A DNA stretch of 64,000 nt from Candidatus Geohabitans tengchongensis (GCA_031459625.1 JAVKIH010000002.1:252061-316060), one strand, 5' to 3'; positions 48,449 to 58,216 are shown, counted from the first letter of the stretch. The notes: generated by a model not told the origin, from the letters alone. Numbers and translations: made by a program.

Positions 48449-49729
48449 CTACAGCGCCTCCCCCGTCCGCCGGCGTCGCAGGCGCAGGTCACCCGAGGTG
48501 ATGCGGAAGCGCAGGCGCCCCTGTCCGCTGCCCAGCCGTCCCTCCACCCGCCCGCGGGAACGGCGGAGCTCCTCGAGCGGCAGGTCGACGGCCAGATCCC
48601 CGGAGCGCACCTCTGCCTCCACGGCGCCTGCGGCCTCGCCCAGCGCCGCCTCCACGTCGCCGTGCACCACCTCCACGCTCACCTCCCCGGGCTCACGCAG
48701 GCGCGCCAGGTCCAGGGCCACGTCGCCCGAGACGACCTGCAGGTGCACCCGCTGCGCCTCGTCGGCCGAGACCTCCAGGTCGCCGTGGCGCACGGAGGCG
48801 TCCAGGTCGCCACGGAGGCGGCGGACGGCCACGTCGCCGCTCGTGGCCTCCAGGACGACCGCTCCCGCCGCTTCGGTCACCTCCACGTCGCCGCGCAGCA
48901 CCTGGAGCGCGGCGTCGCCGGCCAGCCGCCGCACCGAGAGGGTGCCGCTCACCACCGAGACCCGCAGCCGACCGCGCACGTCCTCCACCGTGAGGTCGCC
49001 CTGCTTCACGCGGAGCTCGCAGGCGGCCGCCCCCCGCACCTGCACGTCGCCGCTGCCCACCACCGCCTCCACGGGGGCCCCGGCGGGAACTTCCACCACG
49101 AGGTCGGCGCGAACCCGCCCGTAGCGTCCCTGCAGCCCGGGGGTGTGCACCTCGACGACCGCGTCCTGGCCTCGCGGCGCGACCTCCAGGCGGATCCGGT
49201 CGAGGAGGTCCGACGCGGCCTCACCGGGCGCCCACACCTGCACCTGCGCGTGCACCTGCACCTCCCGGCCCGCGGTCTCCCGCACGGTGAGGTCGCCGCG
49301 CGGGAGGGCGACGCGCACCGTGCCGCCGTCGCCCAGCGGCGCGGTCAGGTCCACGTCCCTGCGGGCCCTCGAGAAGCTGGAGAGGTCACGCACCAGGTCG
49401 GGGGCGCCGATGCCCTCCCGGCGCAGCTCCTCGCGCAGCGCGCGCAGCGCTTCCCGGGTGGCGCGCGCGACAGTCAGGCCGGGACGGGCCCGGCGGAGCG
49501 CCTCACGGACCGTCTCCCCGATGCGCTCTCCCAGGTCGGCACCGACCGGCCACGCCGTGTGGCGTGCGGACGCCTCTCCCTCCCCACGTCCCGCGCCACC
49601 CGGGCCGGCCTCCTCGTCCGGGCGCGGCATCTCGGCCTCGCCCAGGGCCTCCAGAAGCGCGTCCGCCTCCTCGACCGAGAGCCGTCCTTCCCTCAGCATC
49701 CGCAGGACCCTGAGCCGCTCGTCGCTCAC
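48449..49729 (-). CDS. SHOCT-like + DUF4097 (Toastrack) beta-repeat protein, YvlB/LiaX-like
   Basis: ERLRVLRMLREGRLSVEEADALLEAL; many SGD/HGD beta-strand repeats. Confidence 0.87.
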   Translation of the reverse strand: MSDERLRVLRMLREGRLSVEEADALLEALGEAEMPRPDEEAGPGGAGRGEGEASARHTAWPVGADLGERIGETVREALRRARPGLTVARATREALRALREELRREGIGAPDLVRDLSSFSRARRDVDLTAPLGDGGTVRVALPRGDLTVRETAGREVQVHAQVQVWAPGEAASDLLDRIRLEVAPRGQDAVVEVHTPGLQGRYGRVRADLVVEVPAGAPVEAVVGSGDVQVRGAAACELRVKQGDLTVEDVRGRLRVSVVSGTLSVRRLAGDAALQVLRGDVEVTEAAGAVVLEATSGDVAVRRLRGDLDASVRHGDLEVSADEAQRVHLQVVSGDVALDLARLREPGEVSVEVVHGDVEAALGEAAGAVEAEVRSGDLAVDLPLEELRRSRGRVEGRLGSGQGRLRFRITSGDLRLRRRRTGEAL

Positions 49730-50001
49730 CGCGCGCCTCCCAGGCGGCCGTCGGCGCCGCTCAGACCGCCGTTCACACCTTCCAGGCCGCCGTTCACGCC
49801 TCTCAGGCTCCCGGTGGAGACCTCCAGGCCGCCGAGGCGCTCCCCGAGGCGCTCCAGCGACCGCCCCACCCGGACGAGGAGGTGGGCGGCCGGGTGGGGG
49901 CGTGGCCCACGCGCCGCCGACGCGCGGCGCTCCGCCTCGGCCTCGCGTCGCAGCTCGGCGAGCCGCTCGTGCGCCAACCAGGAGAAGAGTGGCTCGTGCA
50001 T
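49726..50001 (-). CDS. Small hypothetical protein
   Basis: SD GGAGG before ATG; ERLAELRREAE...VGRSLERLGERL; stop overlaps next start. Confidence 0.65.
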   Translation of the reverse strand: MHEPLFSWLAHERLAELRREAEAERRASAARGPRPHPAAHLLVRVGRSLERLGERLGGLEVSTGSLRGVNGGLEGVNGGLSGADGRLGGAR

Positions 50002-50014
50002 CGTGTCCTCCCGG

Positions 50015-50395
50015 CTACCGCCGGCCCCGCAGGAGCCGCACCGCCTCGTCGACGGTGATCTGGCCGGCCTGGAGCTGGTCGAGCACCTCGCGCCGCCGCT
50101 CGGCCGATTCCTCGGCCCGCGCCGCCTCGACGGCATAACCCATCGCCTGGAGGATGGCGTCCAGCCGCGCCCGCACGGTCGGGTAGGAGACCCCGAGCTC
50201 CCGCTCCATCTCCTTGAGGTTGCCGCGCACCTTCAGGAAGGTCTCGACGAAACGCACCTGCTCGGGGTCGAGCCTGGCCAGGCCCCCGAGCGTGAACCGG
50301 CCCTCGATGGTGGTGGCGCAATGGCGGCACTGGAGCCGGACGGCCTCCAGCTGGTCGCCACACACAGGGCACTTTCCTATGAGGGGATGCGTCAT
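50015..50395 (-). CDS. DUF2089 family protein (Zn ribbon + HTH + SHOCT-like), probable regulator
   Basis: CPVCG...CRHC, RGNLKEMERELGVSYPTVRARLD, GQITVDEA. Confidence 0.9.
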   Translation of the reverse strand: MTHPLIGKCPVCGDQLEAVRLQCRHCATTIEGRFTLGGLARLDPEQVRFVETFLKVRGNLKEMERELGVSYPTVRARLDAILQAMGYAVEAARAEESAERRREVLDQLQAGQITVDEAVRLLRGRR

Positions 50396-50553
50396 CGCCT
50401 CTGGGTCCTGCTGCTGAATCGTGTTTGCATTTTGGAGGCTGGGGTCAAGAAAGTCAAGGTACAACTTCGAGAATACTCCTCACGCAGCATAGACTAAGCA
50501 AAATATCGAACATATGAACGAATTATTTGTAGGCTGATCTATCGAACGAAATA

Positions 50554-50587
50554 CGAACAGAACTCGGTCCGGACCGAGTTCTGTTCG
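50554..50587. repeat. Perfect 34-bp palindrome
   Basis: CGAACAGAACTCGGTCC|GGACCGAGTTCTGTTCG, no spacer. Confidence 0.95.
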
Positions 50588-50652
50588 GTATCCTGTTCGG
50601 TATTCCGAGGAATCCGAGCTTCTGGGGAGGCCCCAGAGGTGTGGACGTCAGC

Positions 50653-51753
50653 TCACAGGATGGCCATGGTCGTCTGCGGGTTGAAGAGGTGCATCTTGCG
50701 CATGTTGAAGACGATCTCCGCCGGGCGGCCCATCTGCGCCTGGCTGTGCGCGTCCACCCGCGCGATCACCTGCTGGTCGCCCACCGTCACGTAGAGGATG
50801 ATGTCCGACCCCAGCGGTTCGTGGACGTCCACCATCCCCCGCACCGTCCACTCGGGCGGCGCGTCAGGCTGCAGCGCCCGGTCGCCGATGTCCTCGGGCC
50901 GGATGCCGAAGACCACCTCCTGTCCCAGCCACTCCCGCACGTGCGGCGTCAGGTCGGCCGGGACTGGCAGGCGCAGCCCGTTCGCCGCCACCTCCACGCG
51001 CCCGTTGCGGTCCTCCAGCCGCGCCCGCAGGAAGTTCATCGAGGGGCTGCCGATGAAACCGGCCACGAAGAGGTTGGCCGGGCGCTCGTAGAGGTTGAGC
51101 GGGGTGTCCACCTGCTGCACCACCCCCTCGTTCAGCACCACGATCCGGTCGCCCATGGTCATGGCCTCCACCTGGTCGTGGGTGACGTAGACGGTCGTCG
51201 TCTGCAACCGGGCGTGCAGCTTCTTGATTTCCGCGCGCGTGTGTACGCGCAGCTTGGCGTCCAGGTTGCTGAGCGGCTCGTCCATGAGGAAGACCTGCGG
51301 GTCGCGCACGATGGCCCGCCCCAGGGCGACGCGCTGGCGCTGGCCGCCGGAGAGCTGCTTGGGCTTCCGGTGGAGCAGGCCCTCGATCCCCAGCAGCGCC
51401 GCCGCCTCGCGCACCCGGCGGTCGATCTCCGCCTTCGGGTACTTGCGCAGGCGCAGCCCGAAGGCCATGTTGTCGTAGACCGACATGTGCGGGTAGAGCG
51501 CGTAGTTCTGGAAGACCATGGCGATGTCGCGGTCCTTGGGCGGGACGTCGTTCACCAGGCGGTTGCCGATGTAGATGTTGCCCTCGGTGAGCTCCTCCAG
51601 GCCGGCGATCAGGCGCAGACAGGTCGTCTTGCCGCACCCGGACGGCCCGACGAGCACCGTGAACTCCTTGTCCGGGATCTCCAGCGTGACGCGGTTGACG
51701 GCCGTGACGTTGCCGAACCGCTTGACCACGTTCTCGAGCCGCACCTCTGCCAC
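50653..51753 (-). CDS. malK: Sugar ABC transporter ATP-binding protein (MalK/MsmX/UgpC family)
   Basis: GPSGCGKTT, FQNYALYPHM, LSGGQRQR, DEPLSNLD, TOBE domain. Confidence 0.93.
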   Translation of the reverse strand: MAEVRLENVVKRFGNVTAVNRVTLEIPDKEFTVLVGPSGCGKTTCLRLIAGLEELTEGNIYIGNRLVNDVPPKDRDIAMVFQNYALYPHMSVYDNMAFGLRLRKYPKAEIDRRVREAAALLGIEGLLHRKPKQLSGGQRQRVALGRAIVRDPQVFLMDEPLSNLDAKLRVHTRAEIKKLHARLQTTTVYVTHDQVEAMTMGDRIVVLNEGVVQQVDTPLNLYERPANLFVAGFIGSPSMNFLRARLEDRNGRVEVAANGLRLPVPADLTPHVREWLGQEVVFGIRPEDIGDRALQPDAPPEWTVRGMVDVHEPLGSDIILYVTVGDQQVIARVDAHSQAQMGRPAEIVFNMRKMHLFNPQTTMAIL

Positions 51754-51787
51754 CGATCCTCACCTGCCTCCGTGCCTGCCCGGGATC

Positions 51788-52852
51788 CTAGTGAGGAGTT
51801 CCACTCAACCGCCGCTTTACCTCGTCGATAACGGGGACCGGCATGGGGTCGACCCCCCGGAGCAGGGCCAGGTAGACGCTGGTGAAGTCTCCCAGGAGGA
51901 CCAGGGAGAGGAGGCGGCTCAGCCGCCCGTCGCCCCGGGCCACCACCTCCTCGACCGCCGCCGCGCCGGCAAACGCCACCTCCCGGGTCGCCCCGATCCG
52001 CTGGCGCCGCTCGTCGGGCTCGTCGGGTTCGCGAAGGAGGACTACCACCGTCCGTCCCGCCGCCGCCCCGTCCGTCCAGCCCACCGTCTCGTTGTGGCTC
52101 GCCTCCGGGAACGCTCCCCAGTGGGCCAGGGTCTTCGCGTTCTCGTTGAACTGGCACTTCCACCGATAGGCCACCGCGCCGAGAGCCGACGAGGCCCCGT
52201 ACACCGCCGGCGTGCGCTCCCCCAGGGTGGCGGCCAGCCGCTTGGCCGGGTTGCGCGCCAGCGGCACCTCCGGCCCCAGCTCCGCCGCCAGGTCCCGGAG
52301 CACCGCGGCGGCCTCGCGCCACTCCCCGCTCAACTCCCCCAGGTGGGTCAGCCGCCGCAGGGCGCTCACCATCGGCAGGAAGAGGTAAGGCAGCGCCGCG
52401 CGCGGCGGCAGGCCGGCGGGGACGCGCACCAGCGGGTCGCCGTGACGCTCCGCCTCGGCGGCCAGCGTGCCCCCGGAGGTGATGACGATGGCGGGCGCCC
52501 GAGCCGCCTTGGCCGCGCGGTAGGCGGCCAGCGTCTCCGCCGTCTCGCCGGAGTAGGAGCAGGCGAAGAGCAGGGTCTGCGGCCCCACCGCGGCCGGTAG
52601 CACGCTGTCCTTCACGACCACGACGGGCACGGGAAAGGTGGGCGCCAGCAGGGCGGCCAGCAGGTCCCCGCCCACGCCCGAACCGCCCATCCCCAGCACG
52701 GCCACGGCAGTGGACTCCAGCGCGGCCGGCAGGCGGAGCCGCATCCCCAACAGCCACGCCTCCTCCCCCATGGCCGGGAAGCGGGCCACGAGCCCCACCA
52801 TGCCGCCGGGGTCGCGCCACCGGTAGGTCGCGGGGTCGTCCAGCGGGTGCAT
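51788..52852 (-). CDS. Bifunctional phosphoglucose/phosphomannose isomerase (SIS)
   Basis: GMGGSG, SYSGETAET, PRAA, RWKCQFNENAK, PEASHNE. Confidence 0.92.
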   Translation of the reverse strand: MHPLDDPATYRWRDPGGMVGLVARFPAMGEEAWLLGMRLRLPAALESTAVAVLGMGGSGVGGDLLAALLAPTFPVPVVVVKDSVLPAAVGPQTLLFACSYSGETAETLAAYRAAKAARAPAIVITSGGTLAAEAERHGDPLVRVPAGLPPRAALPYLFLPMVSALRRLTHLGELSGEWREAAAVLRDLAAELGPEVPLARNPAKRLAATLGERTPAVYGASSALGAVAYRWKCQFNENAKTLAHWGAFPEASHNETVGWTDGAAAGRTVVVLLREPDEPDERRQRIGATREVAFAGAAAVEEVVARGDGRLSRLLSLVLLGDFTSVYLALLRGVDPMPVPVIDEVKRRLSGTPH

Positions 52853-52874
52853 GCCACCAGGTATTATAGGGACA

Positions 52875-53171
52875 ATGCCGAGCCACACCGAGGTGCGCCG
52901 CCTCCTGGACCTGCGCCGTCGTCTGCGCACGGCCCTGCCCCACCTCTCCCCGCGGCGGCGTGCCGCCCTCCTGCACGAGATCGCCGAGACCCGCCGCCGG
53001 CTCGTCCCCGGCGTCCACGACCCCTTCCCCGAGCTGACGCCGGGCGAGGTGCAGCGGGAGCTGCGCTGGATGATCAACACCCTCTCGCTGACCGAGGCCG
53101 AGCTGGCGGTCCAGGCCCTGGAGCGGCTGCAGCGCCTCCCCGTCGGCCGGGTGGCGCGCGCGGCGCCGTGA
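52875..53171 (+). CDS. Small helical hypothetical protein
   Basis: 98 aa, GC-typical codon usage, TATTAT 7 nt upstream, 10 nt before the epimerase. Confidence 0.65.
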   Translation: MPSHTEVRRLLDLRRRLRTALPHLSPRRRAALLHEIAETRRRLVPGVHDPFPELTPGEVQRELRWMINTLSLTEAELAVQALERLQRLPVGRVARAAP

Positions 53172-53181
53172 CGGGCCCGGC

Positions 53182-54120
53182 GTGAAGGTCCTCGTCACCG
53201 GGGGAGCCGGCTTCATCGGTTCGCACGTCGTCGCGGCCTACCGGGCCGCCGGGCACGACGTGGCGGTGGTGGACACGCTGGTGACCGGCCGCGCCGAGCA
53301 CCTCCCCGACGGGGTCCGGCTCTACCGCGTCGACATCACCGACCCGGGCCTCGACGAGGTCTTCGCGCGAGAACGGCCGGAGGTGGTCAACCACCACGCC
53401 GCCCGGGCCTCCGTCACCGCGTCGGTGCGCGACCCGGCCGCGGACGCCCGGGTGAACGTGCTGGGGACCATCAACGTCCTGGAGCAGGCCCGCCGCGCCG
53501 GGGTGCGCCGTTTCCTCTTCGCCTCCACCGGCGGAGCGCTGTACGGCGAGCCGGAGGCCATCCCGGTGGGGCTCGACCACCCCGTCCGCCCCCTCAGCCC
53601 CTACGGCGCCGCCAAGGCCGCCGCCGAGACCTACGTGGCGCTGTACGAACGGCTCTTCGGCTTGCCGGCGGTGATCCTGCGCTACGCCAACGTCTACGGC
53701 CCGCACCAGGACCCGCATGGGGAAGCCGGGGTGGTGGCCATCTTCGCCGAAGCGATGCTGGCCGGCCGCGCCCCCACCATCCACGGCGACGGGACGCAGA
53801 CCCGCGACTTCGTCTACGTCGAAGATGTGGCCCGCCTCAACGTGCTCGTCACGGAGCGGGCGCTCGCAGGAGTCTTCCACGTGGCCACCGGGGTCGAGGT
53901 GAGGGTGAACGAGATCCACGAGCGCCTCGCCGCCCTCACCGGCTACGCCGGGGCGCCGCAGCACGGCCCGCCGCGGCCGGGCGAGGTCTACCGCATCGCC
54001 CTCGACCCGTCCGAGACGGTCCGGCGCCTGGGGTGGCGCGCCGCGGTCTCGCTGGAGGAGGGGTTGCGGCGCACGGTGGAGTGGTTCCGGGCGCGGGCTG
54101 CACCCGGCCATGCCCGGTGA
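53182..54120 (+). CDS. NAD-dependent epimerase/dehydratase (UDP-glucose 4-epimerase-like)
   Basis: TGGAGFIG, STGGALYG, YGAAK, RYANVYGP, TRDFVYV. Confidence 0.92.
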   Translation: MKVLVTGGAGFIGSHVVAAYRAAGHDVAVVDTLVTGRAEHLPDGVRLYRVDITDPGLDEVFARERPEVVNHHAARASVTASVRDPAADARVNVLGTINVLEQARRAGVRRFLFASTGGALYGEPEAIPVGLDHPVRPLSPYGAAKAAAETYVALYERLFGLPAVILRYANVYGPHQDPHGEAGVVAIFAEAMLAGRAPTIHGDGTQTRDFVYVEDVARLNVLVTERALAGVFHVATGVEVRVNEIHERLAALTGYAGAPQHGPPRPGEVYRIALDPSETVRRLGWRAAVSLEEGLRRTVEWFRARAAPGHAR

Positions 54121-56278
54121 GACCGCCGACCTCGTCCGCCTCGCGGTCCACTGCGGCGTCCTGCCCGCCTACGTCGACGCGTCCGGGCGTCGCCGCGTCG
54201 TCCCCCGCGAGACCCTCCTCCAGGTCCTGCGGATCCTGGGCGCTCCGCTCACGCGCGCGGCGGAGGCCTCCGAGGCGCTGCGCGCGGTCGGCAGCCAGGC
54301 GGCCGCGCGCCTGTGCGAACCCGTGCTCGTCGCCTGGGCAGGGCGGCTGCGGGTGACGGTGGCTGGCGATGGGGGCGGCAGGGCGGGCGGTGGGGGCGCG
54401 CGCGGTGGGGAGTGGCACCTCGAGCTCGAAGACGGTGGGCGGCTCGAGGGACGCGTGGAGGGAGGCCGGCCGCTGCTCCTGGAACACCTGCCCACCGGCT
54501 ACCACCACCTCCGCCTGCAGGTCGGGCGGCGCCGGGGAGCGGCGCTCGTCATCGCCGCCCCCCGGCGCGTGTGGACCTTTCCACCGCAGACGCGCCTGTG
54601 GGGCGTCTTCGTCCCGCTGTACGCCCTGTGGTCCGCCCGCGAACCGGTGGCGCACGTCGGAGGGCTGGGGGCGGTCCTCGAGTGGGTGAACGGCCTCGGC
54701 GGAGGTGTCGTGGCCACCCTCCCGCTGCTGGCCGCCTTCCTCGACGAGCCCTTCGAGCCGAGCCCCTATGCACCGGTCAGCCGGCTCTGCTGGAACGAGC
54801 TGTACGTCGACGTCGCCCGCGCGCCGGAGCTGGCCGGGTGCGCCGAGGCGCAAGAGCACCTGCGCCGGCGGCGTCCTGCGACGGGGCGCCTCGTCGACCT
54901 CCCGGCGGAAATGGCGGCGCAGCGTGCGGTCCTGCAGGCACTGGCCCGGTGCGCCTTCGCCGACCCGAGCCGCCGCGAGATGCTGGAGGCGTGGGCGCGG
55001 GGCCACCCCGTCCTGGCCGATTACGCCCGCTTCCGCGCCGCCCTGGAGCGGCAGCGACGTCCCTGGCGGGAGTGGCCGGCGCCGCTGCGCGACGGCACCG
55101 TGCGGCCGGGCGACCACGACGAGGCCGCCTACCACACCTACCTCTACGCGCAGTGGCTGGCCGAGACCCAGATCGCCGCCCTGGCCCGCCGCGCCCGAGA
55201 GCGCGGCCCCGGCCTCTACCTCGACCTGCCGCTGGGCGTCCACCCGGACGGGTACGACGTCTGGCGGGAACGCGAGGTCTTCGCCGTGGGGGTCTCGGGC
55301 GGCGCGCCCCCGGATCCCTTCTTCACGCGCGGTCAGGTCTGGGGCTTCCCGCCGCTGCATCCGGTGCGGCTGCGCGCCCAAGGCTACCGGTACCTGGTGG
55401 CCGTGCTGCGCCACCACCTGCGCCATGCCGGGCTGCTGCGCATCGACCACGTCATGGCCCTGCACCGCCTCTTCTGGGTGCCCGAAGGGATGGAGGCGCG
55501 CGACGGAGCCTACGTGCGCTACCCGGCCGAGGAGTTGTACGCGCTGCTCTCGGTGGAGTCGCACCGCCACCGCGTCGCCATTGCGGGTGAGGACCTGGGG
55601 ACGGTCCCGGGCTACATCCGGAGGGCGATGCGGCGCCACGGCCTGTACGGGATGTACGTGGCGCAGTACGAGGCCCGGCCTGCAACGCCGCCTCTGCCGC
55701 CCGTCCCGCCGCACGCCCTGGCCGGCGTGAACACCCACGACATGCCGACCTTTGCGGCGTTCTGGGCCGGACGGGACATCGCCGACCGGCAGGCCCTCGG
55801 GCTGCTCGACGCCGAGGGGGTGCGGCGGGAGCGCGAGCGGCGGGAGGCGCTGCGCCGGCACCTGGTGGCCTTCCTCCGCCGCGGCGGCTGGCTCGGGGCG
55901 GCGCCGGCGCGTCAGGCCTGGAAGGCAGGCGGGGGCACGGTGGACAGGGCCCGGACGGTGCTCCACGGAGTGCTGCGGTGGCTGGCCGCCTCCCCGGCGC
56001 ACCTCCTCCTGGTCACGCTGGAGGACCTGTGGCTGGAGCGGGACCCGCAGAACGTCCCGGGGACGGGCCCGGAGCGCCCCAACTGGCGGCGCCGGCTGCG
56101 CTATCCGGCGGAGCGGTTCACGCGGCTGCCGTCGGTCGTGGCGATCCTGCAGGAGATCGACCGGATGCGCCGTGCCGCGCGCGACGTGGACGCCCGCCCG
56201 GTCATTCGCCGATGGACGGCGGCGGCCCCAGCGGAGGCGGGGTCACCTCGCCGGGCCGGTAGGGGAGAGTCCCCTTGA
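54110..56278 (+). CDS. malQ: 4-alpha-glucanotransferase (GH77)
   Basis: SPYAPVSR, YLDLPLG, GAPPD, LRIDHVM, GEDLG, THD, NVPGT...NWR. Confidence 0.94.
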   Translation: MPGETADLVRLAVHCGVLPAYVDASGRRRVVPRETLLQVLRILGAPLTRAAEASEALRAVGSQAAARLCEPVLVAWAGRLRVTVAGDGGGRAGGGGARGGEWHLELEDGGRLEGRVEGGRPLLLEHLPTGYHHLRLQVGRRRGAALVIAAPRRVWTFPPQTRLWGVFVPLYALWSAREPVAHVGGLGAVLEWVNGLGGGVVATLPLLAAFLDEPFEPSPYAPVSRLCWNELYVDVARAPELAGCAEAQEHLRRRRPATGRLVDLPAEMAAQRAVLQALARCAFADPSRREMLEAWARGHPVLADYARFRAALERQRRPWREWPAPLRDGTVRPGDHDEAAYHTYLYAQWLAETQIAALARRARERGPGLYLDLPLGVHPDGYDVWREREVFAVGVSGGAPPDPFFTRGQVWGFPPLHPVRLRAQGYRYLVAVLRHHLRHAGLLRIDHVMALHRLFWVPEGMEARDGAYVRYPAEELYALLSVESHRHRVAIAGEDLGTVPGYIRRAMRRHGLYGMYVAQYEARPATPPLPPVPPHALAGVNTHDMPTFAAFWAGRDIADRQALGLLDAEGVRRERERREALRRHLVAFLRRGGWLGAAPARQAWKAGGGTVDRARTVLHGVLRWLAASPAHLLLVTLEDLWLERDPQNVPGTGPERPNWRRRLRYPAERFTRLPSVVAILQEIDRMRRAARDVDARPVIRRWTAAAPAEAGSPRRAGRGESP

Positions 56279-56783
56279 AGACGGCGATGGCCTGGATCAG
56301 CGCCGTCTGATTGTCGCCGTACACGACGCGGAAGGCGATACCGAGCCCCGTGTAGCGCAGCCACTCGCCGCGGACGTCCCCGGCAGGGCTGGCGAGGACC
56401 TGGTCGGGACGGCCGTAGGCGCGCCAGACCAGCAGCGGGGTGATACCGACGGTGACGAGCTCGGGCGTCTTGTAGGCGCCGCCGCAGTTCGTCTCCAGTC
56501 GGTCGGCCACCCGGGCGGCGAAGAAGACGCGCACGACGCAGCCCAGCCGCAGGGGGACCGCGGCCACCTGCGCCATGGTCATCCCCAGCCGATAGGGACC
56601 GATGCGCTGACCGGGGATGATCCAGGAATCCCCGGCGGGTCCTCCCGAAGTACTCGTCCCGGGCGCGCTCCCTGGAGCCGGCGCTGCGCCCGCAGCTGCA
56701 GGCGCCACTGCAGGCATCATGAGGAAGCTCGCCGCCAGCACGGCGACGAGCCGGGCTGCGCGGCCGCGCCTCCACACCGGCAT
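56202..56783 (-). CDS. Secreted hypothetical protein
   Basis: Signal peptide; IIPGQRIGPYRLGMT...AYGRPD...LRYTGLGIAF. Confidence 0.65.
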   Translation of the reverse strand: MPVWRRGRAARLVAVLAASFLMMPAVAPAAAGAAPAPGSAPGTSTSGGPAGDSWIIPGQRIGPYRLGMTMAQVAAVPLRLGCVVRVFFAARVADRLETNCGGAYKTPELVTVGITPLLVWRAYGRPDQVLASPAGDVRGEWLRYTGLGIAFRVVYGDNQTALIQAIAVFKGTLPYRPGEVTPPPLGPPPSIGE

Positions 56784-56799
56784 CCCGGAGGAATCCACG

Positions 56800-58080
56800 G
56801 TGCACCCGTTCTCCGCCCAGTCGTCCTCCCCTGCCGTCCAGCGGCCCGCCGGTCGGGCGCCCTGGGGGTGGCTCGCCCTCCTCTGCGCGGCCGAGCTGGG
56901 GACGATGGTCACCTTCGCCAGCTACACCGCAGCCCAGCCGCTGCTGCAGCAGGCCTGGGGGCTGAACGCCGCCCAGGCGGGAGCGATCTTTGCCGCGCAG
57001 CAGGCCGGGTACACGGTCGCGGTGGTGGCGCTCAGCTCGCTCACCGACGTGGCGGGGGTCCGACGCGTCTACCTGGCCTCGGCTGCCTGGAACGCCGTGG
57101 CCGCGGCGCTCTTCAGTCTGGGGGCTTCGGGGTTCCCCTCGGCGCTGTTCCTGCGCGCGCTGGTCGGCGTCGGGCTGGCCGGCACCTACATGCCCGGCAT
57201 GCGTCTGGTGGCGGAGACCTTCCCCCCACACCGCCGCGCCACGGCGCTCGGCCTCTACGTCGCCTGCTTCGGCGCGGGGACGGGTCTGTCGCTCTTCGTC
57301 TCCGGCGTGCTGCTGCCGCTCGGGGTGCGCCGGATGCTCCTCCTCACCGCCCTGGGTCCCGCCCTCGCGCTGCTGCTGGCCTGGGGGGCGGTGCGCGACC
57401 CGGTGCGGGGGGTCTCGCCGCGGCGCCCGCCCTTCCGCGCGGCGCTGCGCAACGCGGCGGCGCTGCGCTACATCGGAGCGTATGCCGCCCACAACTGGGA
57501 GCTGTTCGGGATGCGCGCCTGGATCCCCGTCTACCTGGCGGCGCTGTGGACAGCGCAGGGCCTTCCGCTGCCCGATGCCTCCCGACTGGCCACATCGGTA
57601 GGCAGCGCGGTGCTGCTGGCGGGTGCCATCAGCAACGCCGCGGGCGGCTGGGTGGGCGACCGGCTGGGCCGGCAGGCCACCGTCGTCCTGATCCTCTCCG
57701 CCTCGGCGGCCTGCTCGGCGGTGATCGGCTGGTTGCTGCCGCTCGGTCCGCGCGTCGTCCTGCCCGTGGCCGTCGTCTACGGGCTGCTGGTCACGGCCGA
57801 GTCTTCGACGCTCTCCAGCGCGGTGGCGGAGCACGCCCCGGTGGGGGCGCTCGGCACCACCATGGCGGTGCAGTCCTCGCTGGGGTTCATCGCCACGATC
57901 CTCGGGCCGGCGCTCTTCGGCCTCCTGCTCGACCGCACAGGGTGGGGGTGGGCCTTCCTCTCGCTGGCTGTCCCCCCGCTCCTGGGCGCGGCGCTGGTCG
58001 GCGCGGCCCGCCCATCCCGAGGACCGGCCGCCGCAGCTCGGCCCGGCCCAGGCCGACCCGACGCGGCGCGATCGCACTAG
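56800..58080 (+). CDS. MFS transporter
   Basis: About 12 TM; GLAGTYMPG, HNWELF; SD GGAGG before GTG 56800. Confidence 0.88.
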   Translation: MHPFSAQSSSPAVQRPAGRAPWGWLALLCAAELGTMVTFASYTAAQPLLQQAWGLNAAQAGAIFAAQQAGYTVAVVALSSLTDVAGVRRVYLASAAWNAVAAALFSLGASGFPSALFLRALVGVGLAGTYMPGMRLVAETFPPHRRATALGLYVACFGAGTGLSLFVSGVLLPLGVRRMLLLTALGPALALLLAWGAVRDPVRGVSPRRPPFRAALRNAAALRYIGAYAAHNWELFGMRAWIPVYLAALWTAQGLPLPDASRLATSVGSAVLLAGAISNAAGGWVGDRLGRQATVVLILSASAACSAVIGWLLPLGPRVVLPVAVVYGLLVTAESSTLSSAVAEHAPVGALGTTMAVQSSLGFIATILGPALFGLLLDRTGWGWAFLSLAVPPLLGAALVGAARPSRGPAAAARPGPGRPDAARSH

Positions 58081-58216
58081 TTTAGTTAGCTCAGAGGCCG
58101 CTGCATGAGAACCCATCGAACGAGGCCATGTTGAGGAGCACGTCGTCCACGACAGCAGCGAGGTAGGTTACTGATAGATTCGCTATCGGTCCGCGGCAGG
58201 CGCTCCTGACCATTCG

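Noticed and set aside
50507..50520. Canonical LexA box at CGAACATATGAACG
   Set aside because: The right half-site is GAAC, not GTTC; kept only as part of the repeat array.
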